Part shown: positions 27,908 through 37,790 of the stretch, in pieces | Layout of the letters: every line of letters begins with the position of its first letter | Position numbering within the stretch: the first letter of the stretch is position 1 | Source: an uncultured Actinomycetes bacterium | GTDB lineage: Bacteria; Actinomycetota; Thermoleophilia; UBA2241 | DNA: 39,896 nt | NCBI GenBank assembly: GCA_963755025.1 | Contig: CAVWIH010000004.1 | Coordinates: forward strand, 1 to 39,896 | Direction of reading: 5' to 3' | Position numbers and translations under genes: made by a program | Notes under the pieces: model-generated | What the model saw: the letters and a program-made list of their open reading frames with translations, nothing else | The model's database searches: none | Told to the model about the DNA's origin: nothing

Positions 27908-29437
27908 ATGATCGCAGTGTTCATCGTCGTCGCGCTCGCGGCCGGCGCAGCGGCGGGGTATCTCGTCAGACGGTATCTCGTCGACACGCGGCTGAAGGGT
28001 GCGCAGGGAGAGGCGCAGCGCGTCTTGCGCGACGCCGAGCGCGAGGCCGAGACCACCGTCAAAGAGGCTCGCCTCGAAGCCAAAGAAGAGCTCCAGAAGG
28101 TGCGCGCCGAAGTCGAGGCCGACCTGCGCGAGCGTCGCGTCGAGCTCAAGACCTCTGAAGAGCGCGTGGCGCAGCGCGAAGAGCAGCTCGAGCGGCGCTC
28201 GTCTGAGCTCGAACGTCGCGACCAGCAGGTCGCCGAACGCGAGGCGCAGGCGGCCGTGCTCGCCGAGCAGCTAAAAGACGCCCACGCCCAGCAGACCGCG
28301 GTGCTCGAGCGCATCTCGGGCCTGACCGGCGCGCAGGCCAAGGAGATGCTGCTCAAGCAGACCGAAGACGAGGCCCGCCACGACATGGCCAAGCTCATCC
28401 GCTCGATCGAGGAAGAGGCCAAGCACGAAGCCGACCGCCGCGCCCGCAACATCCTCTCGCTGTCGATCCAGCGCACCGCGGCCAACCACGTCGCCGAGAC
28501 GACGGTCTCGGTCGTGCCGCTGCCCTCCGACGACATGAAGGGGCGCATCATCGGCCGCGAGGGCCGCAACATCCGCGCCCTCGAGAACCTCACCGGCATC
28601 GACTTCATCATCGACGACACGCCCGAGGCCGTCGTGCTCTCCGGTTTCGACGGCGTGCGCCGCGAGATCGCCCGCCTGACCATCACCAAGCTGCTGGCCG
28701 ACGGTCGCATCCATCCCGCGCGCATCGAGGAGATGTACACCCAGGCCAAGGCCGAGATCGACGCCACCATCGAAGAGGCCGGCGAGCAGGCCTGTTTCGA
28801 CGCCAACGTGCACGGCGTCGCTCCCGAGCTCGTCAAGGTGCTCGGCCGCCTCAAGTTTCGCACAAGCTACGGCCAGAACGTGCTCAATCACTCGGTCGAG
28901 GTCGCCCACCTCGCCGGCATCATGGCCAACGAGCTCGGCGCCAACCCCAAGGTCGCGCGCCGCGCCGGGCTGCTGCACGACGTCGGCAAGGCTATCGACC
29001 ACGAGGTCGACGGCTCGCACGGCCAGATCTCGGCGCAGCTCGCCCGCAAGTACCGCGAGACCCAGAGCGTCGTGCACGCCATCGAAGCCCATCACCAGGA
29101 CGTCGACCCGCAGACGGTCGAAGCCGTGCTCGTGCAGGCGGCCGACGCCATCTCGGCGGCCCGGCCGGGCGCCCGTCGCGAGTCGCTCGAGGGCTACATC
29201 AAGCGCCTCGAGTCGCTCGAGAAGATCGCCGAGTCCAAGAAGGGCGTCGAGAAATGCTACGCCATGCAGGCGGGCCGCGAGGTGCGCGTCATGGTCAAGC
29301 CCCAGGAGATCAACGACGACGACGCCGTGCTGCTCGCTCGCGAGATCGCCAAGGAGATCGAGGAGACGCTCGACTACCCCGGTCAGATCAGGGTCACCGT
29401 GATCCGCGAGAGCCGGGCCACCGAGCTCGCCAAGTAG
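27908..29437 (+). CDS. rny: Ribonuclease Y
   Basis: N-terminal TM helix, coiled coil, KH ([14 protein letters not shown]), HD domain (RTSYGQN..HS.EVA...LLHDVGK), RPGARRES. Confidence 0.98.
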   Translation: MIAVFIVVALAAGAAAGYLVRRYLVDTRLKGAQGEAQRVLRDAEREAETTVKEARLEAKEELQKVRAEVEADLRERRVELKTSEERVAQREEQLERRSSELERRDQQVAEREAQAAVLAEQLKDAHAQQTAVLERISGLTGAQAKEMLLKQTEDEARHDMAKLIRSIEEEAKHEADRRARNILSLSIQRTAANHVAETTVSVVPLPSDDMKGRIIGREGRNIRALENLTGIDFIIDDTPEAVVLSGFDGVRREIARLTITKLLADGRIHPARIEEMYTQAKAEIDATIEEAGEQACFDANVHGVAPELVKVLGRLKFRTSYGQNVLNHSVEVAHLAGIMANELGANPKVARRAGLLHDVGKAIDHEVDGSHGQISAQLARKYRETQSVVHAIEAHHQDVDPQTVEAVLVQAADAISAARPGARRESLEGYIKRLESLEKIAESKKGVEKCYAMQAGREVRVMVKPQEINDDDAVLLAREIAKEIEETLDYPGQIRVTVIRESRATELAK

Positions 29438-29438
29438 G

Positions 29439-29562
29439 CTATGCGGACCAGGCGCGCGACGTAGTCACGCCCGCCTGAGCGCTATGACGGAGTCGACTAT
29501 GCGGACCAGGCGCGCGACGAAGTCACGCCTGCCTGAGCGCTGACGACGGAGTCGACTATGCG
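29439..29562 (+). repeat. Tandem repeat, 58/59-bp unit x2 plus a partial third copy that forms the miaB start
   Basis: CTATGCGGACCAGGCGCGCGACG.AGTCACGCC.GCCTGAGCGCT..GACGGAGTCGA at 29439 and 29497; CTATGCG again at 29556. Confidence 0.92.
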
Positions 29563-30859
29563 AACATTCTTTCTACGGTCGTTCGGCTGTCAGATGAACG
29601 ACCACGACGCCGAGCGCATCAGCGCTCTGCTCGAAGGCGACGGCTTTGTGCGGGTGACCCGCATCGACGACGCCGACGTCATCGTCTACAACACCTGCAC
29701 CGTGCGGGCGAGCGCCGACGACCGCCTCTCGGGCCATCTCGGCGAGGCCGCCCGCGTCAAGGCCCTCGACCCCGGCCGCGTCGTGGTCGTGGCCGGCTGC
29801 CTGCCGCAGGTCGAGCGCGAAGCGCTCTTCGAGCGCTTCCCGTTCGTCGATCTGGCGTTCGGCCCCGCGCACCTGCGCGAGCTGCCGGCCGCCCTCGCCG
29901 AGCGCCGCCAGCGCGGCTTCTTCGACGGCGAAGGCGCCCTGTCGGGCGAGCTGCCGGCCCACCGCGAGCGTGCCTTCCAGGCCTGGGTGCAGGTCATGTC
30001 GGGCTGCACCAACAACTGCTCCTACTGCATCGTGCCGGTGGCTCGCGGGCCGGAGCGCAGCCGTCCGGCCGCCGAGGTGGTCGCCGAAGTGCGCGCGCTG
30101 GTCGCCGACGGCGTGCTCGAAGTCACGCTGCTGGGCCAGAACGTCAACGCCTACGGCAACGATCTCGCGGGTGCTGCGCGGCCGACCTTCGCCGCCCTGC
30201 TCGCCGAGCTCGACGGCGTCGCCGGCCTGCGCCGGTTGCGCTTCACGACCTCGCACCCGCGCGACCTGTCCGACGAGCTCGTGCGGGCGATGGCCGACCT
30301 GCCGACGGTCTGCGAACACCTCCACCTGCCCGCCCAGTCCGGCTCCGACCGGGTGCTGGCGGCGATGGGGCGCGGGTATACCATGGACTGGTACCTGCGG
30401 AGGGTCGACGCTTTGCGTGCAGCGGTCCCGGACATCGCGATCACGACCGATCTCATGGTGGGCTTTCCCGGCGAGACCGACCACGACTTCAGCGACACCC
30501 TGCGGCTCGTCGAGGCGGCCGGCTTCGACGCCTCCTTCACCTTCGTCTACTCGCCGCGCCCCGGCACCCGGGCCGCCACGCTGCCCGACCAGGTGGCGCC
30601 CGACGTCGCCCGCGAGCGCATCGGCCGGCTGGTCGCCGCCACGCAGCACGAGAGCCTCAAGCGCCGCGCCGCCGCCGTCGGTCACACGGTCGAGGTGCTC
30701 GTCGAGGGCGAGAGCAGGCACGGCGCCCAGCGCCGCGGCCGCACCCGCCAGAACGTCACCGTGAACTTCACCGGTGCCGCCGCGCCCGGCGAGCTCGTCG
30801 CCGTGCAGGTCACCCAGGCGACCTCGACCACGCTGCGGGGCCGCACAGAGCCACGTTAG
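29558..30859 (+). CDS. miaB: tRNA-2-methylthio-N6-dimethylallyladenosine synthase
   Basis: SFGCQMNDHDAE, NTCTVR, GCTNNCSYCIVP, LLGQNVNAYG, RFTTSHP, YSPRPGT, TRAM domain. Confidence 0.96.
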   Translation: MRTFFLRSFGCQMNDHDAERISALLEGDGFVRVTRIDDADVIVYNTCTVRASADDRLSGHLGEAARVKALDPGRVVVVAGCLPQVEREALFERFPFVDLAFGPAHLRELPAALAERRQRGFFDGEGALSGELPAHRERAFQAWVQVMSGCTNNCSYCIVPVARGPERSRPAAEVVAEVRALVADGVLEVTLLGQNVNAYGNDLAGAARPTFAALLAELDGVAGLRRLRFTTSHPRDLSDELVRAMADLPTVCEHLHLPAQSGSDRVLAAMGRGYTMDWYLRRVDALRAAVPDIAITTDLMVGFPGETDHDFSDTLRLVEAAGFDASFTFVYSPRPGTRAATLPDQVAPDVARERIGRLVAATQHESLKRRAAAVGHTVEVLVEGESRHGAQRRGRTRQNVTVNFTGAAAPGELVAVQVTQATSTTLRGRTEPR

Positions 30860-30871
30860 GAGGTGCCCGTC

Positions 30872-31642
30872 GTGCAAGGCTGCGTCTGCCCGCACCCACC
30901 GCTGCTGATCCCCGCCGTCGGCGGCGAGAACCGCCTTCGGGTGCAGGCCACCATCGACGCCATGGAACGCCTCGCCGCCCAGACCGGCGACGTCGACCTG
31001 GCGATCGTCGTCTCGCCGCACACGCCGGGGTTCGCGCGCGCGGCCGGAGTGCGCACGCCGCCCGAGCTGGGCGGCGACTTCGGCGCCTTCCGCTGCCCCG
31101 AGGTGGGCGTCGAGATCGACAACGACGTCGAGTTCGTCGAGCGCCTGCTCGAACGCGCCGCGGCGCCCGGCCAGCCCGCCATCGAGCCGCTGGGCGACGC
31201 CGAGCTCGATCACGGCGTCCTCGTGCCGCTGTTCTTCCTCACGGCGCGACGCCTCGTGAATCTCTCGGTGGCGCGCGACTACGAAGTCCATAAGAGCATC
31301 GGCCGCCTGCTGCGCGACACCGCCGACGAGCTCGGCCGCGACGCCCTGTTCGTGGCCTCGGGCGACATGTCCCACCGGCTGCTGGCGGGCGCGCCGGCCG
31401 GCTACGACCCGCGCGGCGCGCAGTTCGACGCCGAGGTGGTCGAGCTGTTCGCGCACAACGACCTCGACGGCCTGAGCCGGCTCGACCCCGAGCTCGTACA
31501 GGGAGCGGGGGAGTGCGGCCTGCGCTCGTTCATAGCGCTCGGCGCGTTCCTGGGCGCCGACTCCGCGCCGGCGCGCGTGCTGTCCTACGAAGGTCCCTTC
31601 GGCGTGGGCTACGCGGTCGCCGCTTTCGGCGCGCCGGCATGA
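30872..31642 (+). CDS. LigB/Memo-like (class III extradiol dioxygenase fold) protein of AmmeMemoRadiSam type
   Basis: PHPPLLIP, SPH, LDHG, ASGDMSH, GECG, SYEGPFGVGY motifs; AGGAGG RBS 8 nt before GTG 30872. Confidence 0.8.
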   Translation: MQGCVCPHPPLLIPAVGGENRLRVQATIDAMERLAAQTGDVDLAIVVSPHTPGFARAAGVRTPPELGGDFGAFRCPEVGVEIDNDVEFVERLLERAAAPGQPAIEPLGDAELDHGVLVPLFFLTARRLVNLSVARDYEVHKSIGRLLRDTADELGRDALFVASGDMSHRLLAGAPAGYDPRGAQFDAEVVELFAHNDLDGLSRLDPELVQGAGECGLRSFIALGAFLGADSAPARVLSYEGPFGVGYAVAAFGAPA

Positions 31643-32283
31643 GCGCCGACACGCCTGCAAGGTCGCCGTCCGACGGCGAGGCCGCTGCGCCGGTCGACGA
31701 TACGACCCGCGGCGCGGCCGCGTTGCCGGCCGGCGACGGCACGAGCGACGGCGTGCCGGCGACCAGCCCGGCCGAGTACGCGCGCCGCTGCGTCGAAGCG
31801 CTGGTCGGCGGGCGCCCGGCTCCGCCGGCGCCCGCCGAGCCCTTCTACGGCCGCGTCGCCGCCTGCTTCTGCTCGCTCAAGAAGAACGGTGAGCTGCGCG
31901 GCTGCATCGGCACCCTCGCGCCCCTGGCGCCCACGCTCGGCGACGAGATCGCCCGCAACGCCTTCGCGGCCGCCTTTCGCGACCCCCGCTTCGGGCCGGT
32001 CACTATGCCCGAGCTCGATGCCCTGGCGTACACGGTCGACGTGCTCAGCCCCAGCGAGCCCTGCGAGCGCGACGGGCTCGACCCGCGCCGCTACGGCGTG
32101 ATCGTCTCGGCGCAGGAGCGCCGCGGCGTGCTGCTGCCCGACCTTACCGGCATCGAGACGGTCGACCGCCAGCTCGCCATAGCGCTGGGCAAGGCCGGCA
32201 TCACGCCCGGCGAGCCCTTCGCCATCGAGCGGTTCACCGTGAGCCGCTTCGGCGAGGCCGGCTGCGACGAAGCTTGTGGCTGA
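31639..32283 (+). CDS. amrA: AMMECR1 domain protein (AmmeMemoRadiSam system protein A)
   Basis: ACFCSLKKNGELRGCIGT, AAFRDPRF, VDVL, YGVIV, GVLLPDL, KAGI motifs. Confidence 0.88.
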   Translation: MSADTPARSPSDGEAAAPVDDTTRGAAALPAGDGTSDGVPATSPAEYARRCVEALVGGRPAPPAPAEPFYGRVAACFCSLKKNGELRGCIGTLAPLAPTLGDEIARNAFAAAFRDPRFGPVTMPELDALAYTVDVLSPSEPCERDGLDPRRYGVIVSAQERRGVLLPDLTGIETVDRQLAIALGKAGITPGEPFAIERFTVSRFGEAGCDEACG

Positions 32284-33198
32284 GCCCGCCGTCGCGCCGG
32301 TCGTCGCCCTGTTCGGGCCCACCGGCATGGGCAAGACCGAGATCGCCGTGGCGCTCGCCGAGGCGCTGGCGCCGAGATCGTCTCGGCCGACTCCATGCAG
32401 GTCTACCGCGGCCTGGCGATCGTCACCAACCAGCCCAGCGCCGAGCAGCTCGCCCGGGTGCCGCACCACCTGGTGGGCGTGGTCGACCCGCGCCACGAGT
32501 TCTCGGCCGCCCGCTTCGCCGAGCTCGCCCGCGGCGCGGTCGACGAGACGCTGGCGCGCGGCCGGCGCGTCGTGGTCGTGGGCGGTTCGGGACTGTACCT
32601 GCGCGCCGCGCTGGGCGGCCTGACCTTCGGCGCGCCGCCCAGCGCCCGTTCGCGCGAGGCCCTCGAGGCGCTCGCGGCCGCCGACCCCGGCGAGTTGCGC
32701 GAGCGCCTGCGGCGCGCCGACCCGGCGGCCTACGCGGCCATCGACGCAGGCAACCCGCGGCGCGTGGTGCGCGCCCTCGAGGCGCTCGAGGCTCCCGCGG
32801 GGGCCGTGGCCACACAGCCGCGCGACGAGCTCTGGTCAGACGCCGGCTTCGATCACCCCACCCGCCTGCTGGGGCTCGACGTCGACCGCGGCGAGCTGCG
32901 GGCGCGCGTCGAGGCGCGCGTCGACGACATGGTGGCGCGCGGCCTGCTCGACGAGGTCGCCGCGGCGCCGCGGCCGCTGTCGCGCACCGTGGCCCAGGCC
33001 ATCGGTGTGGGGGAGATGCTCGCCGTGCTGGCCGGCGAGCTGCCGCTCGAGGTCGCCGTCGAGACCATGAAAGCGCGCACCCGCCGCTACGTGCGCCGCC
33101 AGCTTACTTGGATGCGCAAGTTAAACGCTGATATCATCCCGACGTCCGCACGTCCCCCCGAGTCCGTCGCCCGCGAGATCGTCCGGCGACTGTCCTGA
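32276..33198 (+). CDS. miaA: tRNA dimethylallyltransferase (frameshift near 32372)
   Basis: GPTGMGKT P-loop, then EIVSADSMQVYRGL, VPHHL, GGSGLY, NPRRVVRALE, TRRYVRRQLTW. Confidence 0.94.
33108..33137 (+). promoter_or_regulatory. Putative internal promoter in the miaA 3' end for dapF-dapL
   Basis: TTGGAT-N18-TATCAT with an extended TG; coincides with a rare TTA codon and an AT-rich patch. Confidence 0.45.
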
Positions 33199-33217
33199 CG
33201 AAGAGGAGGGTCCGCCT

Positions 33218-34087
33218 GTGGAACCCACCTGGTGTGGTCCCGGCAAGATGCAGTTCTCGGCCTGGCAGGGCCTGGGCAACAAATACATCATCCTGCACGA
33301 CGAGGAGATCCCGTTCGAGCTCACTCCCGAGCGCGTGCGCCGGCTGTGCGACCGCGACTTCGGCATCGGCTCCGACGGCATCCTGGTGATCGGCCCGCGC
33401 AGCGGCCCCGAGCGCTTCGGCCTGCGCATCTTCAACCCCGACGGCAGCGAAGCCGAGATGTGCGGCAACGGCGTGCGCATGGTCGCGCGCAAGCTGCGCA
33501 TGGAGGGCTCCATCACCGGCGACCGCGTGGTGCTCGACACCGCGGCCGGCGAGATCGTGCCGGTCCTGGGCGACGGCTACACCGTGCGCGTCGACATGGG
33601 CGTCGCCCGGTTCGGCGGCGAGAAGCTCGCCCACTTCAGCGGCGACGCGATCGGCGAGAAGCTCACCACCTCGGGGCGCACGTTCGACTTCACCTTCGTC
33701 GACGTCGGCAACCCGCACGCCGTCATCCGCTCGCCCTGGCCGCTCGAGCTCGTGCCCCTGCACGAGCTCGGGCCGGCGATCGAAGAGCACAGGTACTTTC
33801 CGCGTAAGGCCAACGTCGAGTTCGTCGTGCCCGTCGACGCTCACAACGCCAAGATCCGCGTCTGGGAGCGGGGCGTGGGGGAGACCCACGCCTGCGGCAC
33901 CGGCGCCACCGCTACCGCCGTCGCTCTTGTGCGCACCGGCCTCTGTCAAAGCCCGGTGACGGTCGAGCTGCCCGGCGGCAAGCTCGAGGTCGAGGTCGCG
34001 GCCGACTATCGCGTGCACATGACCGGCCCCGCCGAAGAGATCTACCACGGCGACCTGTCGCTCGAGTTCCTGGAGCACCTGACATGA
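33218..34087 (+). CDS. dapF: Diaminopimelate epimerase
   Basis: GLGN, CDRDFGIGSDG, NPDGSEAEMCGNG, GNPHAV, NVEFV, WERGVGETHACGTG. Start is GTG 33218 (GAGGAGG RBS) or ATG 33248. Confidence 0.96.
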   Translation: MEPTWCGPGKMQFSAWQGLGNKYIILHDEEIPFELTPERVRRLCDRDFGIGSDGILVIGPRSGPERFGLRIFNPDGSEAEMCGNGVRMVARKLRMEGSITGDRVVLDTAAGEIVPVLGDGYTVRVDMGVARFGGEKLAHFSGDAIGEKLTTSGRTFDFTFVDVGNPHAVIRSPWPLELVPLHELGPAIEEHRYFPRKANVEFVVPVDAHNAKIRVWERGVGETHACGTGATATAVALVRTGLCQSPVTVELPGGKLEVEVAADYRVHMTGPAEEIYHGDLSLEFLEHLT

Positions 34088-35267
34088 CGAAGACCTTCCG
34101 GCCCAACCTCTCGCGGCGCGTCGAGAGCCTGCCGCCGTACCTGTTCGCCGAGATCGAGCGCAAGGTGGCCGCCAAACGGGCGGCGGGCGTCGACATCATC
34201 AGCCTGGGCATAGGCGACCCCGACACGCCGACTCCCGAGCACGTGATCGCCGCCCTGGCCGAGGGTGCCCGCGACCCCGCCAACCACCAGTACCCCACCA
34301 ACCGGGGAACGGCTGAGTTTCGCGCCGCGGTCGCCGGGTACTACCAGAATCGTTTCGGGGTGACGCTCGACGAGGAGACCGAGATCGTGCCGCTGCTGGG
34401 CGCCAAAGAGGGCATCGCCCACATCTGCTTCACGCTGCTGAACGAGGGCGACGTCTGCCTGGCGGCCGACCCCGGCTACCCGGTCTACACGACAGGGCCG
34501 CTGATCGCCGGCGGCACGGCGGTGCACCTGCCGCTGCGGCCGGAGCTCGGCTTTCAGCCCGACCTCGAGGCCATCGACCCGGCGGTCCTCGACAAGGCGC
34601 GCATGATCTTCGTGGGGTATCCCAACAACCCGACCGGCGCCGTCATCGAAGACGACTTCTTCGCGCGCCTCGTGGCGTTCGCTCGCGAGCACGACATCGT
34701 CGTGGTGCACGACAACGCCTACGCCGACATCACCTTCGACGGCTACGTCGCGCCGAGCTTTCTCGAGACTCCCGGCGCCCGCGAGGTCGGCGTCGAGCTG
34801 TTCTCCCTGTCGAAGAGCTACAACATGACCGGCTGGCGCGCCGGCGCGGTGGTGGGCAACCCCGACGGTGGTCGACGCCTACTGGCGCCTCAAGACCAAC
34901 ATGGACTCCGGCATGTTCGGCGCCGTGCAGCATGCGGCCGCGGCTGCGCTCACCGGGCCGCAGGACTCGGTGCGCGAGCTCTGCCGCGCTCTACGGCCAC
35001 CGGCGCGACCTGCTCGTCGCCGCCCTGCGGCGCGCCGGCATGCGGGTCGAGCCTCCCAAGGGCACCATCTACCTGTGGGCGCCGGTGCCCGCCGGCCACA
35101 CCTCGGGCAGCTTCGCCGAGCTCGTCCTGAACCAGGCCGACGTCATCGTCTCGCCCGGAGCGGCCTACGGTCCGTCGGGCGAGGGTTACGTGCGGTTCTC
35201 GCTCACCGTGCCCGACGAGCGCCTGCGCGAGGCGGTCGAGCGCATCGCCGACCGCGTCAAGCTGTAG
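34084..35267 (+). CDS. dapL: LL-diaminopimelate aminotransferase (class I PLP); frameshifts near 34866 and 34985
   Basis: LPPYLFAEI, ISLGIGDPD, LLGAKEG, YPNNPTG, HDNAY, SLSKSYNMTGWR, KTNMDSG, GEGYVRFSL; translationally coupled to dapF. Confidence 0.85.
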
Positions 35268-35311
35268 CGTTTGCCGCACTTCGCGCCCAGCTTGTGCCAC
35301 AATCGTCGCCG

Positions 35312-36679
35312 ATGACGCTGCATCCCGACAATCAGGAGCGCCCCTCGGCGCTCGTCTTCGCGGTCATGCCGCCCGGCGCCGAAGAGACGCGCGAGGAACG
35401 CGACCGCATGGCCGAGATCGGTGAGCTGATCGAGTCGGCCGACATGGACCTGGCCGGCGTGGTCGTGCAGCACAAGCGCCGGCCCGACCCCCACACCTAC
35501 CTCGGGCCCGGCAAGCTGGCCGACCTGCGGGTCGCCGTCGAAGAGAGCGGCGCCACCTGCGCCGTGTGCGAAGACGACCTGTCGCCCGGCCAGGTCGCGG
35601 CGGTGCTCGACGCGCTCGACGTCGACGTGCTCGACCGCACCGAGCTGATCCTCACGGTCTTCTCGGCCCACGCGCGCTCGCTCGAGGGCCGTCTGCAGGT
35701 CGACCTGGCCCAGCTCCAGTACGAGCTCACGCGCGTGCGCGGCCAGGGCCACATCATGTCGCGCCTCGGCGCCGGCACCGACATGCGCGGACCCGGCGAG
35801 CAGAAGCTCGAGGTCGACCGGCGCGTGATCCGCCAGCGCATCCAGACCCTGCGCGCCCGCATCGACCGCATGGCCCGCACGCGCCGCACCCAGCGCGGCC
35901 GCCGGGTGCGCGCCGACATGCCGCTGATCGCGCTGGCGGGCTACACCAACGCCGGTAAATCGACGCTGCTGAACGCGCTCACCGACGCCGAGGTCTCGGT
36001 CCGCGACCGCCTGTTCGAGACCCTCGACCCGACCACGCGCTCGTTCCGCTACCGCGACCGCGACTACCTGATCACCGACACCGTGGGCTTCATCCGCAAG
36101 CTGCCGCACCTGCTGGTCGACGCCTTCGCCTCGACGCTCGAAGAGACGCGCATGGCCGACCTGCTGCTCATCGTGGCCGACGCCGCCCAGCCCGCCGAAG
36201 AGATCGCCGCCCATCAGGAGACGGTCGCCGACGTGCTCGGCGAGATCGGCTCGGGCGAGGTGCCGCGCCTGCTCGTCATGAACAAGGCCGACCTGCTCGA
36301 CGCGCCCGGCAGGGCGCGCCTCGCGGCCCGCGAGCCCGATGCCGTCTTCATCTCGGCGCGCACAGGCGAGGGTCTCGACGACCTGCGCGAGGCCATCAAC
36401 GCCTTCTTCGAGCGTTCGCTGGTCGCGGTGCGCCTGCTCGTGCCTTACGACCAGGGCGCCGTGATCGACAAGCTGCACGGGGTGGCCACCGACATCCGCC
36501 AGGAGAGCGTCGCCGAGGGCACGCTGATCGACGCGCGTCTGCCGCTGCGCGAGGCCAATCGCTATGCGGCGCTGCGCATCGACCTGCCGCCCGACGACGG
36601 CGACGGCGATGGGAGCGACGGCGATGCGGCCCACAACGGCGCTGCCGATGCGGCCGCCGACCCGCCCGAGGTGGGGTAG
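35312..36679 (+). CDS. hflX: Ribosome-splitting GTPase HflX
   Basis: TYLGPGK, RGPGEQKLEVDRR, GYTNAGKS, LFETLDPT, DTVGFI, NKAD. Confidence 0.96.
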   Translation: MTLHPDNQERPSALVFAVMPPGAEETREERDRMAEIGELIESADMDLAGVVVQHKRRPDPHTYLGPGKLADLRVAVEESGATCAVCEDDLSPGQVAAVLDALDVDVLDRTELILTVFSAHARSLEGRLQVDLAQLQYELTRVRGQGHIMSRLGAGTDMRGPGEQKLEVDRRVIRQRIQTLRARIDRMARTRRTQRGRRVRADMPLIALAGYTNAGKSTLLNALTDAEVSVRDRLFETLDPTTRSFRYRDRDYLITDTVGFIRKLPHLLVDAFASTLEETRMADLLLIVADAAQPAEEIAAHQETVADVLGEIGSGEVPRLLVMNKADLLDAPGRARLAAREPDAVFISARTGEGLDDLREAINAFFERSLVAVRLLVPYDQGAVIDKLHGVATDIRQESVAEGTLIDARLPLREANRYAALRIDLPPDDGDGDGSDGDAAHNGAADAAADPPEVG

Positions 36680-36681
36680 AG

Positions 36682-37139
36682 GTGGACCTCGCCGTCATGC
36701 GGCTGCGCCCCGATGCGCGCCTGCCCGAGCGCGCCTACGCCGGCGACGCCGCCTTCGACCTGCACGCCGCGGTCGACCTGGTCATCGCTCCCGGGGAGCG
36801 CGCCGTCGTGCCGACCGGCATCGCCCTTGGACTGCCGCCCGGCGTGGCCGCGCTCACGCTGCCGCGCTCGGGCATGGCCGCTCGTCACGGCATCACCATC
36901 GTCAACGCTCCCGGCCTCATCGACCCCGGCTACCGCGGCGAGATCCAGATCATCCTGCTCAACACCGACCGGCACAGCGCCTTTGCCGTGCACGCCGGCG
37001 ACCGCATCGCGCAGCTGCTGCTCGTCGACCTGCTCGACGTCGCCTTGGTCGAGGTGCCGAGCTCGACGACACGGCCCGCGGCGCGCGCGGCTTCGGCTCG
37101 AGCGGCACAGCGCCCAGCGACGCGCCCGGGCGCGCCTGA
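36682..37139 (+). CDS. dut: dUTP diphosphatase (frameshift near 37057)
   Basis: AAFDL, PRSG, NAPGLIDPGYRGE, GDRIAQ; motif V (RGARGFGSSG) is in the shifted frame, ending at TGA 37139. Confidence 0.92.
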
Positions 37140-37190
37140 GGCGAGGGTCGTCGTGCCCGAGAGCCCGTCAGCCGAGAGTCGCCCTGAAGC

Positions 37191-37320
37191 GGCGAAGGGC
37201 CAAGGCGACCCGATCGAGGCAAAGGCCCAGAGCGGCCATATAGGGCAAAAGGCCAGAGCGGCCCGATACGGGCAAAAGGCCAGAGCAGCTCAGATGCGAC
37301 AAAGGGTCTGGGCCGCGACT
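37191..37320 (+). repeat. Degenerate tandem repeat, 26-27 bp period, ~4.5 copies
   Basis: Units start at 37191, 37218, 37244, 37271 and 37298; consensus approximately GGCAAAAGGCCAGAGCGGCCCGATACG. Confidence 0.8.
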
Positions 37321-37346
37321 CCATAGAGCGGCTCGCCGGGCCTACT

Positions 37347-37781
37347 GTGCGTGTCGGCGCTCTTATCATCACGGGCGACGGCCTGCTGCTCGTACGGCAG
37401 CAGCGGCGCGACCGTGAGTACTGGCTACTGCCCGGCGGCGGCGTGCAATTCGGCGAATCGCTCGCCGGAGCGCTTGTCCGCGAGTTGCGCGAAGAGCTGA
37501 GCCTCGAGATCGTGCCGGGCCGGCCTTTGGCTATGGCCGAAGCGATCTCCGACGACATGACGCGCTATCCCAAGCACGTCGTGCACGTGATCATGCAGGC
37601 GACGCTGGGCGACGCCGCGGCGGGCCCGCGCCTTGGCGGCGACGCCGCCGTGCTCGAATCGCGCTTCTTTGCGCGCGAAGCCGTGCGCGAGCTCACGATC
37701 AGACCGCCGATCACGCCGTTTCTCGACGCCTGTTTCAACGCGTTGCCGACGGCCATGGAGTACCTCGGCGTCGTCTGGTAG
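37347..37781 (+). CDS. NUDIX hydrolase
   Basis: WLLPGGGVQFGESLAGALVRELREEL Nudix box. Confidence 0.88.
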   Translation: MRVGALIITGDGLLLVRQQRRDREYWLLPGGGVQFGESLAGALVRELREELSLEIVPGRPLAMAEAISDDMTRYPKHVVHVIMQATLGDAAAGPRLGGDAAVLESRFFAREAVRELTIRPPITPFLDACFNALPTAMEYLGVVW

Positions 37782-37790
37782 GCGCGCATC

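Noticed and set aside
29439-29562. CRISPR array (also considered for the repeats at 37191-38670)
   Set aside because: Units are contiguous without unique spacers, copies are few and degenerate, and no cas genes are present.
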